From NCBI GenBank assembly GCA_050575255.1, contig JBNZDD010013516.1, positions 189,683 through 246,964 of the forward strand: DNA of 57,282 nt, in the 5' to 3' direction. Numbering within the stretch: the first letter of the stretch is position 1; each line of letters begins with the position of its first letter. The position numbers were made by a program, and so were the translations under genes. The notes under the pieces were generated by a model, which was not told the DNA's origin, ran no database searches, and saw only the letters and a program-made list of their open reading frames with translations. Below are positions 1 through 13,096 of this stretch, one piece after another. This stretch comes from Harriotta raleighana. Taxonomy: Eukaryota.

Positions 1-1892
1 AGCCAAACAGTTTAGGAATTTCTGTTCAGTTTCTAAAGAGAATGAACCAGTTCTTCTTACGCTGGAATCTTGAATGTCAAGTTGAATGTACAATTCATGT
101 ATTATCTACTTTATATTATTGACATCATTCAAAAAAAAATTAATTTTTCTGTTCGTCCCTTACACTTGTCAGCTCCCATTCTCCGCAGTCTACAGTATCA
201 GTGATATACAGTATTTGTGATATAGATGGTACTAGATTTGAGAAACAGAGACAATTTGGAGCACCATAAGGATACGTAATGATGAACTTTGCTGGAATCT
301 GACATTTTATTGTTGTAGCTAATTTTAGTGATGGAACACTAGTACTGCCTATTGCATCCCACAGTTAATACTGTATTATTCGCTTTCATCACAAATTGTG
401 TTTTTTTTAAATGACTAACCTGGAGAATAAACAAGTAGAAGACATCAATATAACACTCTATCTCAGTGAGGAATTACTGTGCAATTGAAAGTGCTTTTAT
501 AACAATTGTTAGATATTACAATATTGAGGATTGAAGTATAAAAGCTACTGATTAATGACTAACCCTTCCTGGACTAATTAACTAACATTTTTGGGAAATG
601 TACTTCACAACACTGATCATTTTAAAGTAAATGTTTTCTCTTGTAATTTCTCAGATCCGTAAGATTTCTGATCTTCATTTGTTGATTACATTTTAATCTG
701 CTGGAATTTAGTGGCTAATTAGTGACTGTCACATATGTCAGAGGGTTAATTTACCATCAGCAACCGATAAGGGGACACAACTGAGGAGATCCCGTGATGC
801 CACTGGTCCTGAATACACGGCCTTTTTTTTTTTTAAATGCCCCAAAATTATATATTTATAATTCAATTCAGAAATCCAATACAAATAAAAGTATAATATA
901 TATTTTTTCTATTTTTTTCCCCCTTTCTCCCAATACAAAAACATTCCATGGTTTACAGTAAATTTCTTCTGCGCACGAACACAGGTTGTCCACATGTTCT
1001 TTTTTTAGGGCACTCACTCCCTTTAAAACCCGTGCGGGGGGGCAGGAGGGGGTTTTGTGGAGGAAAATATATATTTACCGCAAATATATTTCTGTAATGA
1101 ATCCTAAACCAAATACCAGAACAAAAAACACTGCACACAGGTTGTGCGCACGTCTATTCGACATCCATATATGAATACATTTCTGGACTCTGCACCTTTT
1201 TAACGCTTTTCTTAAAAAACGAAAACCGCAGTGTTCTTTATTACCTTAAAACAACTCCCCAGGCCAGCATCACATGCCCTACCCCCTTTGTGTACCGCCC
1301 CACAGTCTTAACGTGTTCAGGCTCAAGACTTGTTCTTGGCAGACAAGGTTTGGAAGGACAACATCACTAATTCCACTGTTGGTGCCTTTCGGAGTGCATG
1401 AATTTCACTTGAACTTGAACCGTTCATGTTTTATTGAAATCCTAGCGGCAATGCCGAGATCCCTGATCACTCTGGGTCATAATTTCACCCGAGAAATAAA
1501 AAGCCCTTAGAAAAAGCACAGCTGTCTGAGCTATTTTCAGAGCTCGCATTATATTTGTGCAGAGGCTTGGCAGAGGTGCTCTATGTTTTTTTTCGATGGA
1601 GAGTCTTTTTTTCTCACACAGCTAGAGTGACAACTGAGGAGGGAGCGTAGTGAGCCCAAGCAAAATTTTAAACCCTTTTACCTTGCACCAAAATTTGATT
1701 CAGATCACTTTTGGGTTCGTTCTGCTCTCTTTTCTTCTCTCGGAAGATTTATGTTTTTTCTCACTCTTCCTCGAATTCGCCACGTTTAGCAGCAAGTTTG
1801 GTATATTGTATGCATGTAGCTCTCAAGACAGGTTTGCTGAAATGTATTGTAGATCTGTGTGTCTTCAACTTTGATCCCTTGCTATTGTTTAG

Positions 1893-1991
1893 CAGATAGA
1901 GGCTCCTCCTTCCTCTACTCCTGTAATCCCTGTGATCCCTGTTATGCCAGTCCCTGCTGATGCCAGTGTCTTCTCGTCTGACAGTCAACAG
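1893..1991 (+). CDS. DLG1: DLG1 alternative exon I1A (99 nt, phase 0-0): QIEAPPSSTPVIPVIPVMPVPADASVFSSDSQQ
   Basis: Acceptor tttAG at 1891-1892 (tandem CAG at 1893-1895), donor CAG/gttttg. The 33-aa proline-rich peptide with PVIPV.PVPA matches the 33-aa I1A insert of hDlg. Missed by the ORF track. Confidence 0.88.
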
Positions 1992-2419
1992 GTTTTGTTC
2001 TTTTTTTCTTTTTCTTTTATTTGGAATGCCTTACGTTCGTTACCGTATATGCAAAGTTTATTATAAATTTGTGTGTTGTTTAATAACATTATGTCTTAAA
2101 TCAATGGTAGGTAAAATGGAGCCTAGGGGGGGAATGAGAGTCTCTTGACTCTCCATTGAACTATGCAGTCACTCCCGAGCCAATCAGTGGCTTTGATGTT
2201 TGCTTTGAAATATCGTCCTGTTTGATGCTCTTTCTACTGAAAATAATATTGAAATGTCTGTGATCCTTAAGTCATTTCGTGCTTAGCTCATGGAGCTAAT
2301 GAAAATGTTGGTGTGTGTTTTCTACGGCTCTGGTTTACCCAGCTCAGGGATAAGATGAGATACAAGTTTTACGCAAAACATGCGATCTCAGCTAAACCGT
2401 GCACCCATTGATGTTTAAT

Positions 2420-2535
2420 TTTGCCCCACAAAATATACAGTCAATTCATTTTACGGTATATTCTGTGAAGCACTTTGAGAAATCGCGAAAACATGTTAGG
2501 CAGTATATCAAATGCAAGGATTATTATTATATATT
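2420..2535 (+). mobile_element. 3' fragment of the abundant tRNA-derived SINE
   Basis: cccacaaaatatacagtcaattca...atatcaaatgcaaggattattatt matches the tail of full-length copies. Confidence 0.8.
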
Positions 2536-4376
2536 ATATATATATAATCTAGAAAGGCATTTGACTATATTATGTCTATGAATGAACAACACAATGCTGT
2601 ACAATCAAAGTAGCACAACAGAATTTTTAAGGAGCCAAACATGAAGCAGGCATTTGAAAAGCTTCGATCCAATTGTTGGGAGTCCCATCAAAACCAATTC
2701 CAGTGTGGGAACTATATGTGCGCTTTTGAGAAAGCAGTTAGGTTTGGCTGTTGCTGTGGAAAAACTGTAGTCCTGTACCCCCTTCGTCTGCATCAGCTAC
2801 TGATCTGTCCAGCTCAGGTCATGGCCTGTGCCTCCCAGGTTCACTGGTATGACCATTCCACTAGCCCCACGTCCTCAAATCAAAACATCTTGGGTTTCAA
2901 GAACAAATGAGCATTTTGAAAGGGAGGGTTATCCACCAATTGAGATGCAGAACCTTTCTTTTTAAAGCTATTAAACTTCCCAGTCTCCAAGGAACGAACA
3001 GCTCAGCTCAGCATATCATTAGGGATTTAAATATTATAATTGTTGCATCGGATATTGACCCCATCAATCAGGGTAAGCAGCAGCCCTCCCAAAGGGGCTT
3101 GGGGGGGAGAACAAGTAAAATTTACTCTCTTGCCTTCCCAGGGTCCCAGTGCTCGCGATTTAGCTCTTTTCTAGCTCAGAACCGCTGAATGCCGATGGTA
3201 TGAGTGAAATCAAAATTCATGTCAGATAGGAGAACTCCACTGCCAGGGGTCTCACAGTAGTTTGTGTGAACTGAGCTCTGCTGAAATGCTTAGAATATTT
3301 ATACGTTGTGAAAATAACCCATTTCCAGAATAATCCAAATGCAGTAAAACCTAGAGAGGACCATCTCTGAATTCTTTCCGCTGCAGATCTAAATGTTTCC
3401 TCTCTAGATACTGGAGGATTTAATTCGCTCACTGAAGTAACTTTTGATTGCAACATTCTAAGCATTTTAATGAGTAAATGCAATAGCTATAAATATTAAT
3501 CACATTTGAAAGGCCCAGATAGATGGAACAAAGAAGGCTCGGCTGAATTATTAACGCATAAATATCCCAATTTCTGAAAATGAAAGCCGAGATAAATGAA
3601 AATGTATTCCTTACATCTTCAAAAGGTTCCAAGTGTGAATTATTTATCTTGAATTTTTGAATAAGGCCGCTCTGATCCAAGGGAGATTTTGTTTTGTTGC
3701 TGTTCTGACCCCCCACACCTGCACATGTTGTTGATATTAAGAGGTGGTGTGGGGGATGTGGTGGTGGGGGGGCTACCTGCCCCCTACCCCACCACCACCA
3801 CCCCCACCCCACCCAGATTGTCAATCTTAATTTGGAACTGGTTGCAAGAGATTACACTGGGAATAACCAACCACCCTACTCTCTTTCCCACCTATCTTCC
3901 CCTTTCCCAGGAAAAACTTTCCATCTCACTCTCACTGAAGTTGAAATCTAGTGATGGTCCAGTCTGAATCCTCCCTTTTTGCACATTCAATGTTTAGCAG
4001 AGCGATGAATTTTAAATGCGGATTCTGAACATGATTTGTGATTTACATTTTTTTTACAAAAACAAGAGTGTTGAAAGCTCACACACGAGCAACATTAAAA
4101 AGTACTGTTATTTACATGGGAATTTTCAACCCCTTTTGTGCTTTAGATGGAAATCTTTGACTGTCCAACAATGAATTGTATTATTATTTATCTACATATA
4201 CAGCGATTATGCCTTTTAAGAGTAAATTCTGGGAAGCTCTTTGAGACTTTTCAACTACCTGATAAGGCGGGTATATCAAAAGCAAGGATTATGATTTATT
4301 AATTAGAAATGATGGATTTCTGTTGGCAGTAGTTCTTTTGTGTGTTTGACTTTGGTTTTTCTTTCTTTCCTCCCAG

Positions 4377-4430
4377 GCTAATCCACCACCAGTGGTAGTG
4401 AATGCCGATTCTTTGGAGTCTCAGCCATAT
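4377..4430 (+). CDS. DLG1: DLG1 exon I1B (54 nt, phase 0-0): [18 protein letters not shown]
   Basis: Long polypyrimidine tract plus cccAG acceptor, donor TAT/gtaagt. The 18-aa peptide is homologous to hDlg I1B (ANPPPVLVNTDSLETPTY). Confidence 0.95.
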
Positions 4431-5324
4431 GTAAGTTACATTTTGTTTTCAATTCTAGGTTTCACTTTGATCCTTTATTCCCCACCGCCCCCTCCTCCTC
4501 TAAACCAGAAAGTGTAACTCCTAACCAGACCAATAAATGTGAATTGTAACTGACCTGATGGATGTGTGATGACTGCTAAGATGCAGGTACATCCTCCTTG
4601 CATTGCTGATCCACCAGGAGTTGCGATCCATACAAAGACTTCTCCTCCCCCACCCCACACCCCCACCGACACCATCCATGTGAGTTTCCCATGGGATTGA
4701 TGTAGCGTGCAGTATCTGTGGCAGACCAGTGACATTTGTGAGCTGAAGGGCAGCCTTTAGTTAGCTACACAAGCCTTAAAATCTGAATTCATTGTGGATA
4801 TTCGTTGCTGCAGACAGGATCAGGATCAAACTGCATCACCAAATACTAAGTGATCTCACCTGCCTACCTCAAGACAGCTGAAATACCATAGAAAGATTTA
4901 AATTGTTATAGAAGCGTGACTGAAACTGTGAGGGACTTTTACCATCTGAGAGGGCAAGTTAATGCCACTGTTTTCTAAGATGGATTCGAAGTGGTACCAA
5001 TAACAAAAGTTTCTCTTTTGACAGTCAGATTCTTTAGAAGTTGATGTATTTACAAAACTGTAAGATTATTTAACTCTACAACTATTGTTGCTCGTGCACG
5101 CTATCAGTCTTTAAAATCAAAGCATCAGTACAATCTGCCTTCCCCCCCTCCCCCCGCCTCCATGTGAAATTTAGGGCATCTGAAGATTATTTATCTAAAC
5201 CCATTCTGAGAAAGATGTATTTAAAGGTTATAATTCATTTACTGAGCATTAGCATCCCTGATTGTAATCTTATTATACTCTTATAAGAATTATTCCAGAC
5301 TTTTGAAATGTAATTTAAGTATTA

Positions 5325-5686
5325 AAGCCCTACACAATCTCGCCCCACCCTACACTAATAACCTCCTATCCCCTTACCAACCTGCCCTCCCACTCCGCTC
5401 AGCATGCTCTGGCCTGCTCCACGTCTCCCGACCAACCTGCCCCACCATTGGCAGGCGAGTCTTCAGCCAATCTGCCCCCAACCTCTGGAACTTCATCCCA
5501 CAGTCCTTCCGCCTCGCCCCCTCCCTAGCCTCCTTCAAGTCTCGCCTCAAGACTCTCTTCTTCAATGGACCCATTGGTAACTCCTAATCCTGCCCTTCCC
5601 TTCCCCCCACCAGCCGTCCCAAGACTATCCAGCACCTTGGGACGTCCTCCTGACGTGAAAGGCGCTGTGCAAGTTTTTGTTTGTTA
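5325..5686 (+). mobile_element. LINE2 (L2 clade) 3' end: ORF2 C-terminus plus 3' UTR
   Basis: Translates ALHNLAPPY..LRS..LLHV..TIGRRVFSQSAPNLWNFIPQSFRLAPSLASFKSRLKTLFF, typical of an L2 ORF2 end; tail gcaccttgggacgtcctcctgacgtgaaaggcgct. Homologous to 56955-57282. Confidence 0.9.
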
Positions 5687-6829
5687 ATCTCTTCCGTCTT
5701 CCAACCCCTATGTGAGTTATTTTGGAGAACATGCAGTGGACCACAGTTTATAGTTTCTATTGGGAAAATTCAGTCCGCAATATCTGCCAGAATTCAACTT
5801 GTAATCCGTTTGTGTTGAGTCAGATGCCTTCAGATTTCATGTCACCAGGCATCTTATTACTATCGTCCGTTATCGTGCCTACAATGTGCTGACAAGTCAA
5901 ATGTTTGAATTGTTTTTTCCAATCCACATGATGGAGAACAACTAGCTGACAGTAAAGGTGATTCATTAAGCAGTCAGGCTTCATTGCCACATCTTAATGT
6001 TATCTGAGCACTGTCGTTGTATTACCATCTGCTGTCTCTTATTCACTAAGTTGATGCAGTTCAATATCCTCCATCAATCCAAAATGTCAACTTGGAATAT
6101 CAGATTGTATGCAACAAGTTAAATGGAGAGATCCATTCCTTTCAATGGCCCGCTCCTCCCAAGTTTTGACGTCTGTGGAGAGTACATTTGCTACATGGCC
6201 TTGAATGTAAGCTAGGAAGCTAGCTAGTTAGTGTCCTAGCAGCCCCACCACTGCCTTAACGTTTATCCCAGCCCAAATAAGTCTTCTCTGAGATTCTGAC
6301 TCCAATTCCCCCATTCTATTGCTGGCTTGACATCTACATGATGCTTCAATGACTGTCCAGTGCCTTGTGACGTCCTGCTGACGTGAAAGGTGCTACACAA
6401 GTGTAGTTTTATTGGTGTTGTTGTAAGAAGTTAACATGGCGACAAAACCCAATTGGATATTGGGTGGGGCAGTGTGTTACTGTCCATTATATTCACCTCT
6501 GGGAGTTGTTAAGAGAATAATTAGGTTGAAGGCTTCTTTCTGTTTCATCTTTCCAACATGTCTGCTTATTCTTCAAGTGTTTATTGAAGCTTACATTGCT
6601 TAATGTTGGAAAAGAAAAGGTAGTTTGTCTCTTGTCCTAATAAACCAGAATAATTTGTCATTCACTCATCTCAAGGTCGTCTGTGGAACTGCAAATACAT
6701 TTTGGTGTTTGCCTGTAAAAAATAGCGACTAAATATTCGAGATCTTTGAGATCTTTCAATATCACAAGTACTGTCTAAATTCAAGCTTCGTCCAATGTAA
6801 AATGGGTTTTTGTGAGGATATGGTTAAGT

Positions 6830-7280
6830 TTAGTCATTGTTCCAGAAATACAGGAGCTAAAATTGTGCACAGAAACTGTTACCCTAAAGGTGCAAAGACG
6901 TGTCAGACATGAACCTGGGAAATACAGGCTCGTCAGGTTGGTGAGAAAATGTTCCAAAATATTTGTTAAGCCATCAGTGTTCACCTAAAGAACACGGAGC
7001 CCGTGAGGAATTGTCAGCATGGGTTTTGAGTACTAATAAGTTCCTCACCAATCTACCGCAGTTCTTTCGAGGTGTGCGGGGATTGGGGCGGGATAACAAA
7101 ATTGATAGAGGATATAAATCGACTTGGAGTTCCAGAACACATTTGATCTGGTTCCACGAATTAGGCTTTTCAAAGCAGATTTGAGTCTCCCGGAATTGCC
7201 TGCTAATTAGCTAATTGGATTGAAATGGCTTTAGCAATAGAAAGCAGAAGGTTCCAATAAATAGCAAATAGCTGTGGTGG
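6830..7280 (+). mobile_element. Degenerate CR1-type LINE reverse-transcriptase remnant
   Basis: Frameshifted motifs EPGKYRLV (cf. PGNYRPV), CQHGF, LTNLPQFF, EFQNTFDLVP (cf. DFxKAFDxVP) and SNRKQKV. Confidence 0.7.
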
Positions 7281-10200
7281 GGTTGAGGCAGTGGCCCGCA
7301 GAGCTCCACAGCAATCCTTTTTCGGTTTCACCTGATGTCCCCACATGCCCACATTCGAGAGGGGATCAGAACTGACAATCCTTGTTGAGTTTTGCCCTCC
7401 TCTGGATATTCAGTGCTGAATGCCCCTACTGAGATGAGCTACCTCAGCACAGACTGGGAGGGGGAGTGAAATGTGACCTCTTCTAAGACAGTGTGCCTCA
7501 GGGTGCTTTTATTAAGTGGGCAAATAGAGGAAGATCAGTTGGAAGTTTATCTGAATAAAATCCAGTCCGTTGAAGCAAAAAAATTGCATAATAAACGGTG
7601 AGAATCTACTGATTGCGATTGCAAACCATTCATTGAAAATATCATATCAACACGAAGCTGATAGTGTTGCTTAAATCCTGGAACGCATTCAGAGACATTT
7701 GAAAAGCGCTTATATCAAATGCAAGGATTATTATTATTATTCAACTAAGTCAAAATGTTATCTCACCTTCTGCAGACTATTGCACATGCCCAGAAAATAG
7801 GAGAGTCTTAGCAGAAGCCAGAGCCTTTGCCCATTCTGCTGGAATTTGTCTAGTTAAAACTGCTCACTCATGCACCCAAGACCCATCTCAAAAGAAGAAA
7901 GAAGAGGCTTTACTTGGTATTGTAAATAGTCGTATTGGAAAACAAAAATTGATCCAAGTTTAAAAATTATCGTAACTACAAAAGATTCTCAATTTTATAA
8001 GTTAATAGTACATATTTCCTGACTTTAACATTATACCCAAACTATATCACCTTTTGTGGATAGTCTTAGAAAAATATATATTCCCTTTATGTTAAAACAT
8101 GCCTCGTTTTAACTTTCTAGAGGGACTGTTCTGGAGCCACATTGTTGCCTATGCAACTAAAAAAGGGCATCCCGAGCCATTTAGCAGCAGTTTCCTTCTG
8201 GTAGACACACACCTGTTCTGCAGTGTCTTTGGAATACATCTTCGCTGTGTACAATCCAAATTCTAAGAACATGTGAACCAGACGTATTATGTTTCGAGTG
8301 ATGCAATCGGAGAGGTGTATTCAGCTAATTCTGCTTGGATACTTCTGTGCAAAGTGTCTCAGTTTACATTTAAAACTGCGGGTCGGAGCCAGCTAACTAA
8401 GCTAAAATCTATTTGATAATGCTATGAATTTCTGCTATGGTTGCAACTCGTAAAACTGCTTGATTATGAGCACCACAGAGAGAATTCTATTCAAAACGTC
8501 TGTCTTGTGAAGAGCACAACATCAAAATGCAATGATTATTATTATCAGAAAACTGGATTGTGAACATAGTAATATCCGAGTCTGGTTTATCCCTGGCAAT
8601 GCCCTCCACCCCAATCTATGACCGGTCATATAACCACATCCATATTTCCTTCAAATTCTGTCTCCAGTACAATACCTGCAAATCTTAGTTCTTCTTATCC
8701 CTACTACATTCCTCTTCAAGCTCCACAGCCAACTATCACTGCTGCTGCAAGTCAATGCTAGAACTATCGCAGATCAGTATCCGCGGTGGGGCCTATAACT
8801 CAGAGTCTAAAATGGGTCCATTATCTCAGATAAATAGGACACTTAAAGGGATCCTAGAATTTATCATCCTTATTGGTAGACTGCAGTAAACAAAGTTATT
8901 TTACAAACGCGTAGTGATGGGTTGTTTCCCTGTGACGGACTTGTAGCCAGAAAACAATCCCACAGAGGCAAGGATCAGCAGAAAGTGACCGATATTCTGA
9001 TCCTGAAGAGTCAGAAAATTATTATTGTGTCTACATTGATTCTGGGCAGAGACTCTATTTAATACACACGGATGTTTTAATCAGCCCATTCGATATGTGT
9101 AGAGGTTCTGTGAGCTGACTGTTTTGTTCCTGCAAAGCTTCAGGAGCTAGCCTTGGTGCTGAGCATTATAAAACCAGACTCTTGACTATGAAAGTCAGTG
9201 GCAAGAATAATCAGAACAGGTCATTGAGACTTCAAGGCTGTTTCCTCCTCACAGTATCCACATATTCTATCCATTTCACTCCCCCCAGGCCCACCTACCC
9301 CCTCACCCCCACCCTTCACCATATTGCTGCTGCTAAGAGTGTATTCATGTCTTTTAAGTTCCCTGATTCTGTGAAGGAATAGCCTAACTTACAAATATCA
9401 AATGATAGTAAATCAAGGATAGTGACTGTGCATAAAACTCATAACCATAGGTTAGGAAGGGCTGCGACTAACCAGAGTTGCTTTCACTCAGGAGATAACT
9501 AGAAGAACTTTGGCGGTCTCTAGCTTTTAGTGCATCATCGCTCCCACCACCCATTCGATCTCCAGCTGCCCCCCCCCCCCACCCCCGATGTTACAGCAAG
9601 TGTCTCCCATCGTACTGTTTGGTGGTAATTGTGCAATGCTAAGTGGTCATCCAGATGGGATAATGGGGAATTGGTTTAGCTGGTGAGAGAGAGACTGCGC
9701 TGAGGTTCGCTTAACATTTTTTCTTCAGTCAAGATTCTCTCTGGAAAACTTGTTGAAATAGTATATAGAGCCAACTCAGAAACATATTCCCCCTCAACCT
9801 TCAATATTGCTGTGAATGAAGCACCTTCCTGTTCTCTTAGAAATCTTCTTGATTCTAACACACTAGTGTCCCTCTCTGAACCAATGAATGTGTAAGGTGA
9901 CTGTCAGATGGAGGATTAATGAACTCTGAGCCCCCCATTTGTAGATCTGCCATTAACCTATATTTTAAAATATGTGGCCTTTTGTACTGACACACATTCT
10001 GCCTGAAGTAGTCTTGGATTATTCATTTCTGCTTTAAGTAGTCTTTGATGCACACATCAATAACGAACCTTATCCTCATCTCTTACCGCAGCTCTTTAAA
10101 CCAGCTCCACAAAGCAATGTACGATACGTGATGTTCAGAAATATCGACTTTAAACATTTTTTTTAAAAAATTGAATTAAAATAATTTAAGCCATCAGGGG

Positions 10201-11257
10201 GGACAGCTGTTCATCTTTCCCAAATCCGATTAGTTGGGGAGTGTTGCGTTTCAAGTTGTCCACAGTCTAGGAGTTCGATTCCAACCTGTTATGAACTGAA
10301 ACAGGCTGGTTTGATTTGGTGCAGTGTTGATTTGGCTCAGGCAGTGGAAGTGCATCTGCTTGTATGGCACGTGTTGTAATTAAGCCCATCTGTCACGAGG
10401 AACAATTACCTGCCGCCACTACAAGTTGATACCTAAACCTGCCAATCTCATAGATCACTTGATAATGAGAGCTCCGTAAGCCTGCAGTCCCCGCTGAGAG
10501 ACTTTGGTGCAGATTGTGGGCTTGTGGAGGAGGATTCTTGTGGTTTGCAAGTGTAACCTGAGTTTTATTTAGTGTATCTCCATTATTCATTACATATCAG
10601 ATTTATCAGAACCCTTCAGTTAGGTTAGTCTGTAATAACTTTGCAAAATGCTCGATCAATAATGGCTCCCGACTGCTGCTTTTCTCCATGTTTGCAAACA
10701 AGACAATATAGTTGCGAAGATACCATCAGCTCTTTGCGCTTATCTCAACTCCTCGCACGATGCGCCTATTTTCTTGCGAACATGTGCAGTGCTGATATTT
10801 TCAAATCATTCCCGGTTGGAACAAAACAAAGTTTGAAATGGAATATCATCGTGTTCGATTTTTATATATTTTTTAAATTTAAAACACAAGTGACAAGACA
10901 ACATTCTGAACAGGGTCTTAACTATTAATATGATGAAACAACGAATCCTCATATGTCACCTGTAAACAACAGCAACGACTTTCATTTCTGTAGAGCTGCA
11001 GCGTAGCGCCCCAGAACGCTTAAAATCTGTTTTGTTTGTCTGATACCTTTGACGGATTGACCGCGACCGGACTCCCATCCCTTTCCCCAGAGGCAGAGGG
11101 AAGGAACTTCGAAAATACCGGGGAAATTGTCATTGTGCATTTGTCAGTGACTCTTTTTTTCCATCCCTTTGTGTCCTGGTCAATGTCCCCCTCATAAAAC
11201 TTCCATCTGCTTGATTTCTGAACGCTTACATTGATGTATCCTGCAGATCCAGGAATC

Positions 11258-11620
11258 CTCCCAAAAAAACACAATAATAAAATTGGTCATTTTCAATCCA
11301 TGACTGTTTGTGGGTTACTGCTCTGAACAATTGGCTGCTGTGTTTCACCCACAAAATATGCAGTCAATTAACTTCACAGTATATATTCTGTGAAGCGCTT
11401 TGAGATGTATACAAGATGTGAAAAGCGCTATATCAGAATGCAAGGAATATTATTATTATTCCCAAGAACTAATCTATATAATAAATACAGTAAATGTTTC
11501 ACTCAAAAATATACAATTCTCTTTTTGCAGTATATTCTGTGAAGCGCTTTGAGATGTCGATAAGATGTGAAAAGTGCTATATCAAATGCAAGGATTATTA
11601 TTATTATTATTATTATTATT
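11258..11620 (+). mobile_element. SINE 3' half followed by a second SINE tail
   Basis: Two consecutive gtgaagcgctttgagatgt...aatgcaagga(att)n tails, ending near 11460 and 11620. Confidence 0.85.
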
Positions 11621-12244
11621 TCGAACAGGTATCATTGAGAAATTGAAATCGCATTTGTTTGCTTTGTGAGAATTTTCTTCCCCTTTTACTCTCCACTGTG
11701 TTTGTGTCATAATGCCAGCTCTGGCTGGGAGGACAGGCAGCTCACTGCCAGAGCTCTGCTTGCTTCAATCTGAATTTGCAGCAAGGAATAGTTGGCGAAC
11801 AAACCTGATGGTGAGTCTCCCTTCTGCTGACCATCTGGAGCCTGAACTGTTTCCTCAAATTCAGGGGATGATCACAAGTGATGATAATAATAATAATAAT
11901 AATCATCATCATCATCATCATCATCATCCCTGCATTTGATATAGTGATTTAGCAGCTGCATTGACCTAAAAATGCAGTCACTGCAATTCATAGTTCATCT
12001 CATAATGCGCTTTGAGACGTCCTATCAACGTGAAAGGTGCTATATCGATTGCAAGGATGATTACAACTTGCTAATATTGGGTTCTGTGTCATAATTCAGT
12101 TTCAGCCGTATGATTTTAACAGTTTCTTGTGGCAATATTAGAACTGACAAACAGCACACTTGAGACCTTGGTAAATTATGAGCTTTAGAACTTATCAGCC
12201 TAAATGCTAAACTTGGCTTTCAGGCGAAGCCTAAAGTGTGACTT

Positions 12245-12397
12245 AATAATGATAATCCTTGCATTCGATATAGCGCTTTTCACAGCTTATCGACGCCTTA
12301 AAGCGCTTCACAGAATGTACTGTAAAGTGAATTGACTGTATATTTGTGGGCGGAACGCGGCAGCCAATTGCGCACAGCAGCGTCCCCCACAAACAGA
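12245..12397 (-). mobile_element. SINE 3' half
   Basis: Reverse complement of the SINE tail and Deu-like core (cagccaattgcgcacagcagcgtcc). Confidence 0.85.
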
Positions 12398-12785
12398 CTT
12401 GGGCTTATTTGCATTCCCTATTGCGACATGAAATTTTCTAGTCTGAAATATGTTGAATAGCAGCAGGGTTCTATTTAAAATAGAAGCTCTTAAAATAGAG
12501 GGCTTTTATTTTATAACAAAAAAAGAAAAAATCCACTATCTGGTATGAGACTAAACCACACACACAGATCTCTAAAGTACCAAGTATTGATTGATGCTCT
12601 GTACTGAGTTCTCTGTTCTCCGCTTATGCGCTATCTATCGTAGGACTCCTACCATCAGTGTCAGTGTCTTGGGCTAGGAAAGCAAAGTTGGCCAGAGTTT
12701 CCTGTCCTGATTGCTATTCAATGACCCTTGCAAAAAAAATGCAACATGAGGATGCTTGGCTGTGACCAGTCCTCCCAGAACATAC

Positions 12786-13096
12786 TATCTCATTGGTTAG
12801 AGCACTCGCCTTACAAGCGTGAGACCTGTGTTCGAATCCAAGCAGGTCAGGGCGAAACCTTGGGCAAGTTTCCTTACACCACACAGACGCCCCTTAATAA
12901 TCCGTCCCCCCCAAAAAAACGACATTAATAAAAATTGGTCATTTCAATCCCGAAAACATTTTGTGGGAGACGCTGCTGTGTGCGATTGCCTGCCGCGTTT
13001 CACCCACAAATATACAGTCAATTCACTTTACAGTAAATTCTGTGAAGCGCTTTAAGGCGTCGATAAGATGTGAAAAATGCAAGGAGTGTTATTATT
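12786..13096 (+). mobile_element. Near full-length tRNA-derived SINE
   Basis: Degenerate A box, B box gttcgaatcc, core gctgctgtgtgcgattg and L2-like tail. Confidence 0.9.

Noticed and set aside
2641-2817. Cys-rich ORF ending CPAQ/gtcatg in phase 0 before I1B, like a DLG2-type alternative first exon
   Set aside because: Weak donor and similarity limited to three residues.
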